Of a stretch of DNA of 64,000 nt, positions 56,305 to 64,000 are shown one piece after another. Positions within the stretch are counted from its first letter, which is position 1. Every line of letters begins with the position of its first letter. Where the stretch lies: positions 2,852,001-2,916,000 of the forward strand of contig OX337230.1 in NCBI GenBank assembly GCA_946965045.2, read 5' to 3'. The position numbers were made by a program, and so were the translations under genes. Source of the stretch: Epithemia pelagica. Its lineage: Eukaryota > Protista > Bacillariophyta. The notes under the pieces are model-generated. The model saw only the letters and a list, made by a program, of their open reading frames with translations, did no database searches and was not told where the DNA came from.

Positions 56305-58880
56305 AACAATTCCTTTTCGATATTGTGACGACGACAAAGATTCTGAACACATGATTCCTGAAAACACCGATGAACAACAAAATGACAAAATACCGTCCTC
56401 TATGTTGCAAGGGGAGGATATCGATGACTTCCTCTCTCATATTGAAAACGACCTCCAAAATTTTCATCCTACCAATGAAGTTTCTCCGGACGCATATCAG
56501 ACAGACTTTATTCCAGAATCCATTTCCTTCACGGCAGTTCGTGCATCAGGAGGCTACATGTGTGGAACATATGGAATTTGCAAATTACCACACACCTATT
56601 CCGATGAACAACAACCATTTCTCCCTCAGCATTCTCTTCAACAATCCTTAACTAGTGAAGAGCAGCCAGCAGAAGAAGACCTGTACATTGAGGATCGACC
56701 ACCAGCACAGCAAGACATTATTAAGGTGTTATTAGAGCACAGATCCTTGCTCCCCGATCGTTGCGTAACTGTTCTGTCCGCGTCTAAGCGCCTTCCGGAC
56801 GCAAATGGATCTGCTTTAAGTTTTTGTCTGTGGGCAAAAAAAGCTGGCCTTGATTATGACCAGACAAGAGCTTTCCAAGTGTTCACCAGCTGTTTTGTTC
56901 TTTCATTTTTCCGAGATGCCAAGATGCCTTCAGCTGCACGTACTCGAAGCCAAGCATTTTTGAAAGAAAAATTGCGATTGATGAAGCTAGCTGGCAAATT
57001 ACCCATTCTAGCTACCCAACAAAGAATGAGTAATTTCAAAAAGGCAATCTTGTTTGCTTTCTTCATGGACCAGGCGGAAGTGGAAAATCAGCTGTTCTTG
57101 AAATGCTACAGTCCTACGCTCGTGAATACTGCAAATTCCTTGGATATGAGTATACGAAATGGACGATTATTGTTTCTGCAATGAGTGGTGTTGCTGCAAC
57201 ACTTGTTGGTGGTTACACTACTCATTCAGCTGTACATCTCAACAAGTGCATCTGCAACATACCATTTGAGGACAAAATACGTTTGTAGAGACGGGTCATT
57301 TCACTGTGTTTCATCAGACGCTTTCGGTTATGAATACGAAGAAGAACAAGAATGCAAACATTACAATTCTCTGGCTGGTAAGCAACCACAGAGACGTCAG
57401 ATTCCGGTAGGGCCTCAAATAGAATACTCTCGGTTACTGCATCGTCAAACAACCTGTTGCTTCCCTTTCGTTTTTCATCGAACAGTTTTCTTTTCTGCTT
57501 AATAATGTACAGATCAACCGTATATTTTTGTATTGCCCGACCAACTTGCACCTTTTTCACAAAACATTCGGTGGATAGCTTCGTATAGAGGTACCTACAC
57601 TCTGACCAAGATTATTAATTGTCGATGAGATCTCCTTTGCATCCAAGTCGGATATACAAAAACTTGACGCTCGCGTCAAATACCTGAAGGACAGTCCTAT
57701 CCAGAAGTACGGAGGACTTGATATTATCTTCTGCGGTGACATGCGTCAGTTGCAACCTGCTAATGGTTATATGAGAATTTATGATGAGGAATTCCCCGAA
57801 TTTCATGGGAGTGTTAACTGCTACCTTGAACTGAATGGGATGCACAGATTTTCAGGTGATATGGCATGGGGGAAACTTTTGAGTCGATTTCGCAATGGAG
57901 AATTGACGTCAGATGATGTTGATCTTCTAAATACAAGGGTAGTTGACCAAAACAACCTGAGCCTTCCAGTGGACCTTCGGTATGCATGCTTCAAGAATAT
58001 TGATCGGGTTTCAATTAATACATGGCTGTTTCTGAGTCATGTTCAATCAGCCCCGGACACAGCATACATCAAGAAGAACTGCATTCTTATTTTGTCCAGC
58101 AATCTTCAGATTAAAGAGGGTGATTGCCAATATCGTTCACCGTCAAATGGATGGGAACATTATTTTTGGCATCATTGTGGTGAAGGGCATTGCAAACCAA
58201 CAAGCTTTTCCGGTCGGTTTGATCCTGCTATGTTGCTTTTCTACAATCGACCAGTTATGGTCACCAACAACGAAAATGTCGAGAAGATGATAGCAAATGG
58301 GACACGTTCTTATGTCCGGGCTGTTCATCTGAAACCTGGAGAGTCTTATACTATGTGTTCTGTCGACTCTATTTCAATTCCAACAGTCAGAGCAGAGCAA
58401 ATACAAAAAGTGGTGCTTGCCTTTGAGAATTCCTCTTCAACAGATGAGACATTTGAGCTGGTTCCTAAAGAGCATACATTCATTGCTGATGTACCATATC
58501 CAAAACCACTTCAATGCGGAAAAAAGGAATCACGGCTGACACTTCACATGAAAGAACTTTAGCTCCCCTTCATCTGCAACAATGCAACAAAGGGTCATAA
58601 ACTTCACGGTGCGTCAGTTGCATCGCTGTTTGTACATACCTGGTCAATGGTTGAAAATTGGTCCTATGTCGTTCTCTCACGAGTACGCACAATGACAGGA
58701 CTTTATCTGAAAAAACCTTTGGAAAAGAGACTCCTCAGACTTTTGAATAATGTACCACAAGTCTACAAGAACCTGATCCATTTCATGAAAACAAAAGAGG
58801 TTCAACCAATTTCCAATGACGACTACAACATCTTATTCGAGGGTGAAAAGGAAGCCATAATACAGTCTCTCTTCCACTAA
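56305..58880 (+). pseudogene. Helitron-type PIF1 helicase, disabled (frameshift, about 300-bp interruption, in-frame TAG)
   Basis: DQTRAF; HGPGGSGKS (Walker A); SAMSGVAATLVGGYTTHSA; LIVDEISF; YGGLDIIFCGDMRQLQP; motif V read through TAG 58560-62 (*LPFICNNATKGHKLHG); YVVLSRVRT. Confidence 0.88.
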
Positions 58881-59615
58881 TACAAATACTATTGAAAAAG
58901 ACTTCGGACCAAATATCCGACAGAAATGGGATGTCCTGTTTCCTAGCGGGCTCCTCTTTACCAACTACCATCGTTATTTGTCAATCACCTTTCATAACAT
59001 CTTACCCATCGCAGATGCGTCATGCACTACGAGTAAAGATTTTGTCTTTCAACTTCCAATATCCTCACTTACCAGACGTGCGACCCAAGAGACGTCAGTT
59101 GCCCCACTTACTAAGCTAGCTTCTAGCTTCTAGCTATAAGTGTCCTCGCTCCTCATTTTGTGTGGAGCCGGGCGCGTCGGTCGACGTCACCCAAGCGGGT
59201 GCGCGCGGCAGCGTTAAAATAGACTGTACCTTTTTTAGCTTCTAGCTATAAGCTTTTCATCCTGGTAGCACAGGTGGTGTTTTCTTCAACGGATGCGCAT
59301 ACCTCTAGCTGCAGGTGTTTTTCAGCGCATACCTAGCTAGCTCCAGCAGGGGAGCACCTAGGTAGAGGCGATTTTGCTTCCAATCTTGCTACCTTTCTAT
59401 GGGGTGAAAGTAGATTTTGTTGGCGGGCTGTGCATAGAGTTCTCACGTCACCCTTCATCCGTGACGTTTTCATATCGTGGCGCGAGACATCGCAATCAGA
59501 TGAATTGCTCTTGCACATGATGGCTTCAGACGTACGACCGAACTAGATTTATAGGACGAGGATATGTGTGTTCCATCATCTGACACCACATAGTTGTGTC
59601 CGTGGACAGCGTGTC

Positions 59616-60311
59616 GTGCACAAAATTCTCATGTCACCCTTCGTCCATGACGTTTCCATTTCATGCCATGAATATCTCGGAGACGTGTTCGATTTCGATC
59701 GGTGCGTAGGTGGTCGTTTAGCTACGTCTTGTCGAATGCGTAGCTATGCTTTCTACATCACTATTTATGATGTCTCGTGTCGATGTCATTTCATGACGTT
59801 GAAATCACAGTTTTCAGTTGCACCAAAGATTTATACTAGCACATAGTTACTATCTACCCATTGCTAGCAGGTTAACTACGTGCGACACCTCTTTAGCTAC
59901 TGTTACTATGCAGGTTCCGTTGTTAGGCTGACTTGTTACTCTAGATAACAGATGATGCAGCAATAAGAGTGCCATTTCACGACATGGGAGATTCAGTGAT
60001 TGTACTCAGTAACGTACACCGACACGGAATTATCAACCTAATTAGATGCATGCCATCAGCATATGTTACACACTTCACCATGTCATGGCATCAGATATCG
60101 CAGTCATTGTCTTTCGGATACAGCTAGGTATTGGCGTACCTATTTATGCCAGGTCGGGCAGTGCAGACAGTTCTCACGTCACCGTTCATCAATGACGTTT
60201 CCATGTCATGCCATGATATATCGCCGAGACTGATGGGTAATACATGGTACGTCAGCGATTGTTATAGACATATGACATATCTCGACGCTTGATGATTGGT
60301 AGAGATCTACC
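59616..60311 (-). repeat. Right arm of the 696-bp inverted repeat
   Basis: Reverse complement of 49370-50065. Confidence 0.95.
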
Positions 60312-60439
60312 ATTGGTCCTCGGGAGGGATGTAGGATCCCTGCACGTGCCTATTTACTATAGCCCATTTTGTACTGTACTTGGTTTTTATTTTTAGTGTA
60401 CGTATGTATTTTAGCGGTCGTGGGAAATTCCGAGCGTAA

Positions 60440-61090
60440 AACCAGGGTCACAAAATGGATCGAAACGCAACCAGTACAACAACGAGTGAACCCGTAGTGC
60501 ATGAACCGATGAACCAAGGAACAAACGACCATGACAATCAAACAAGCGAGGCAACAAGCACAACAGCGAGCAAAAGCAACCAACAATCAACCAAAAAGGA
60601 CAACCAAGGCAATACAATCAACAAACATCAAAGAAGCAGCATGGTAGAACAGCAGCGAGCGAAAAACATAAAGCATCAAGAGAGACAAGCAAAGCATCAA
60701 ACAACAAAACCAAAAGCGATGCAACAATCAACCAAGACAAATGACAAAGCAACAATCAAACAAAGGCAAAAACCCACGCAATAAGCCAACAAAGGCAAGA
60801 AACAACAATAGAAACAGAGACGACGAAAATGAAACAAACATCAATCCAACAAACACAGAAACATAACCAACAACCAAACAGAAAGAACAACAGAGCAGAC
60901 CGAGAGAAAAGAGAAGCAAGACAAAGGTTAGAGATGCATTGATAATGGAAATGGATGCAACAATCAAAAAGAGCAAAGACAACACTTACGTATTGAAGCG
61001 ATCTACACGCAGAGCTCAAGCAACAATCTGCAATGAAAAGGAAGCAGTGAGAACATAGAAAAGACAAGACAACAATCAAACACAGAAAAC
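60440..61090. other. Strand-skewed A/C-rich low-complexity tract; probably the 3' UTR/intronic region of the recombinase gene
   Basis: Minus strand is TTG/TTC-rich with GTAAG donors at 61094 and 60989 and a CAG acceptor at 61028. Confidence 0.5.
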
Positions 61091-61177
61091 TTACCTAGTT
61101 CAGTAGTATCGTCCACCATGGTGGTTGTGATTGTAGTGATCACCACCATGGTGGCGACTGTCCCCACGAGGATAGTA

Positions 61178-63920
61178 CTAGGACTCGGAGCGGTGGTGGT
61201 GGTATGAGGAACTGTATTTGGGAGGAGGGGGCGAAAGGTGGAAGTGCTCCACTCGTTGACGGTACACTGCCTCCCCAATCAGACGAGAAGATGGAGGAGG
61301 TGGTGGCGGAGGCGTGTACGAGCGTGGAGGTGGAGGTGGAGGGGTCTGTCCACGAGGAGGATAGTAGTTGTTGCGTGTGGGAGGAGGAGGTGGACTCCAG
61401 TTCACCATTGCCCCATTTCCATTGTTATAGGAAGGCGGAGGAGGGGGAGAACGACGTTGTGATTGGGCGTAGTGGTTGTTGCGTTGGTCGTAATGGCCCT
61501 GATGGCTGCTCTCCAATGATCCGTGGTGGTGGTTGCTGTGATTGTGTTGGTCTTGATGGCCGAGGTGGCCACTCTCCCACGATCCATGGTTGTTGTTGTT
61601 GTGGTGGCGGGGGCGTTCGTCGTAGTACGACGAACGGCTGTTGTTGTTGTTGTGGTGGTGGTAGTGGCTATCGTCGTATGGTGGTCGACGATGGTTGTTG
61701 TTGTTGCTGTTGTTTTGACACTCGTAGTGGGGAGGTCGGCCACTGTTATTGTTGTTGTCGTTGTAGTTTTGGAACTCGTAGGGCGGTCGGCCGTTGTTGT
61801 TGTTGTTGTTCTCGTAGGGAGGTCGGCCATTGTTGCAAGTGTTGTTGTTGTTGCTCTCGTAGGGTGGTGCTCCATTCTTGTTGCTCTCGTAGGGTGGTCT
61901 GCCAGTGTTGTTGCTCTCGTATGGTGGTCGGCCATTGTTGTTGTTGTTGTTGTTGTTGGAGTTGTGAGAGTTGTTGTTGTTTTGGTTGCCACCATCCCCG
62001 TCGCCCCAATCAAAGCCTAGCGGAGAGAACGATGGAGACGAATCGTTGGCACCACCACCAGCAGCAGGAGCATCGGACGAATGGTTCGGCGCTACAATCA
62101 GAAAAGAATGACAGAAAGGTGAGAGACTGATTTCGAATGAACAACAATCAGACAACAAACTTACGCGACGACTTCTTCGGCTGTTCCACTTTGTCTTCTG
62201 GGGGGATGTACCAGTTTGCCGTCGAAGCCTTCAACTTCGACGCGGTAGAGACTTCTTGGTACTCATAATTAATCTCGGCCGATTTATGACGGCCAAAATT
62301 CGTTGCCAAGACTTGTGGCACTCCGCAATTCGCCACTTTAGAGATGCCCGTTCTACGAGCAGTTCGACCGGTGAAGTTTCCATCTTCGGGGAACTTGCAT
62401 CGAGCAGCCAGCGCCTTTGTGTTGTTCGCCGCGAAGTTGCTGCCGAGTTTGCCACCAGGACGCATACCCGTGGCCGGGTCGAACTTTTCTTGGGCACGGT
62501 CCTTCACCAGGTCAGTCCAACCCAAGTGTTTGGACCCACATTTTCGGGCCGCGATGATTTTCTTTGGGGCTTCGTACAAAAACAAGAGTCCCTTCCAGCC
62601 CGGCGGATGCGCTACCTTTCGGTAGTGCATAAATAGCTTATACGTACTCCACGGGTCTGCTTCGTTTTCTATGATCATGTTGGACAGCGAGTCATTCTCG
62701 CGGCGAAACGTAGGCTTGGCTAGCGTCAATTTTACGTTCTTGTGGTGGCCAGCATCAAGTGGGATGATTGCTGGCTTGCCCGCATGTTCTCCGTACGACT
62801 CATCTAAACGAGCTACGAATCGAAAGTCAGTAATCCTTGCTAAATGAATCTGAATAGAAGTAGCAAGAACATCAGTAGAGGTGAGAAAACCAGTAAGAAA
62901 GCCCAACAATCAACCGTTTGGGTACGTACCTCTAAACAGCGAAAGCTAATATCGCGACAGAGCGAGTAGAAGAATAGCATTAGCAAGTCTTTGAAGACTT
63001 GGAACGGATTCAAGGGAGGATCTGCGAGGTTGCGGATGTGATACTGATCATCCATACACACGCTGGCCCGTTTCGGCAAGCGACCGAACTCGGGACGTGC
63101 TTTCGCCGTCTTTTTCCAAATCCATTCTAAATACGCTTGGTACGAACCTCTGCCCTTGAGGTCCGTTTGCCCGATGCACACGCCGTTGGCACACAGACAA
63201 GCAAACAGATGATTCCATACCTTCCCAGTCGTGTTGGGTTGGTAATGAAACTTTGGATCGTGGGGATCATCGCGCCCCTTGACATACCCCGCCATCCGAA
63301 GATTCATACAGAAGATAGCTAGCAAGGAGTTAAGTAGCCCCAACTTTCTTGGCGTCTTCGCCCCGCGTAGAGCAACGAACAACTTGGGGACTTTCAGTCC
63401 ATCTGATCGTTCAGGGTCGACCATTAGCTTTGCGAGTCCTCGGTAGTGTCGGTGTCGACAAAGCACATCTAAGAAACGCTGGACCGACTCTTGTTTTTCC
63501 TTCGAGTACGACTCGGAGCAGCCAGCAAGCTCGCGAACATCATAGCCATGATACTCGTCCGCAAATACTTCATCGCTGAGTTCAGCAAACTGACCGAAGT
63601 ATTCCAACAGGTTGTCGTCATGTGGTTCATCAAGTGGCAGAGTCTTGTATTCGGCAATTGAGATCTCGCCTTGCTCGTTCTCTTCGAGATGGCGTTGCTC
63701 CACCATTGCACGAGCAATGGTCTTCGTATGTAGTGGAGACGGAGGAGGAGGAGGGGCACGCCGAGCAAGAACACCACGTGCACGGGCATTTCGGCGGCTT
63801 CGAACGGAAACAGAAGGAACAAAATCTTCGTCCGCTTCAAGATCATCCATTTCCATTCCTTCAAAGATACTGTCATCATCGTCCGAATCGTCATCAAGGA
63901 ACGGATTCGTTTGATTGTTC
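61178..63920 (-). CDS. Crypton-like tyrosine recombinase with prion-like C-terminal tail, 5'-partial; exons 63920-62930, 62849-62165 and 62091-61178
   Basis: SFRCLE|IHL (Arg I), FTGRTARRTG (Arg II), FGRHKS (His), INYEY (Tyr); GT-AG introns of 80 and 73 nt keep the frame; an acceptor at 63921 puts exon 1 outside the window. Confidence 0.8.
61670..61990 (-). repeat. Coding repeat: seven (N)n-[GR][RA]PP(H)Y units
   Basis: NNNGRPPYESNNTGRPPYESNKNGAPPYE...GRPPHYE...RRPPYD. Confidence 0.85.
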
Positions 63921-64000
63921 CTGTGGAAAGCAAAGGAAGAATGTAAGAGGGTGGAAGATGCAACAATCAAATAGAGCGACAACGCAACAACGAACTCAAC

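Noticed and set aside
60312-60440. CryptonS-type TATGG terminus for the recombinase element
   Set aside because: No CCATA/TATGG at a plausible boundary; element ends cannot be defined in this window.
61204-62130. 308-aa Cys/Gly-rich plus-strand ORF, and Val- or Thr-rich frames, over the recombinase tail
   Set aside because: Alternative readings of AAC/CAC triplet repeats; the spliced minus-strand frame explains the region.
664-63920. TAG reassigned to a sense codon (the host genes checked end in TAA/TGA while TE-linked genes contain in-frame TAG)
   Set aside because: Thousands of host-gene codons (SHMT, GH81, Fic and others) contain no in-frame TAG, which reassignment would predict; the CR gene itself ends in TAG.

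Overview
Eukaryotic genomic DNA, most consistent with a diatom. This is inferred from short GT-AG introns, bipartite plastid presequences with an 'AF' cleavage motif, and a diatom-type Ty1/Copia (CoDi-like) element. One 200-N scaffold gap lies at 34501-34700. Host-gene blocks: 0.6-14 kb holds a Fic-RING-Zn-finger protein, a PAF-acetylhydrolase-like lipase, two glycosyltransferase-like genes, an SGNH-like protein and a 2OG-Fe(II) oxygenase. 27-45 kb holds a Pro/Thr-linker protein, cytosolic SHMT, a RibD deaminase fused to a CRM domain, an RluA-like protein lacking the catalytic Asp, a UPF0489 protein, a GH81 glucanase, an ankyrin-like protein and a GT31. Accessory regions: (i) a Crinkler-type NTPase+REase gene with one in-frame TAG; (ii) a 9.3-kb PIF/Harbinger transposon (12-bp TIRs, CAG TSD) with a young, internally gutted LTR retroelement (757-bp LTRs, TA...TA ends, GTGGG TSD) inside a transposase intron; (iii) 45-60 kb, a rearranged Helitron-derived region (HUH and PIF1 remnants, a 696-bp inverted repeat, a 1030-bp direct repeat, a dispersed 60-bp motif) with an intact MBD gene and an unknown gene inside it, a putative nuclear 2OG-dioxygenase beside it, and CpG-decay signatures; (iv) a spliced Crypton-like tyrosine recombinase with a prion-like tail running off the right edge. 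All alignments and splice models were made by eye and all family assignments rest on motif recognition, not database searches.
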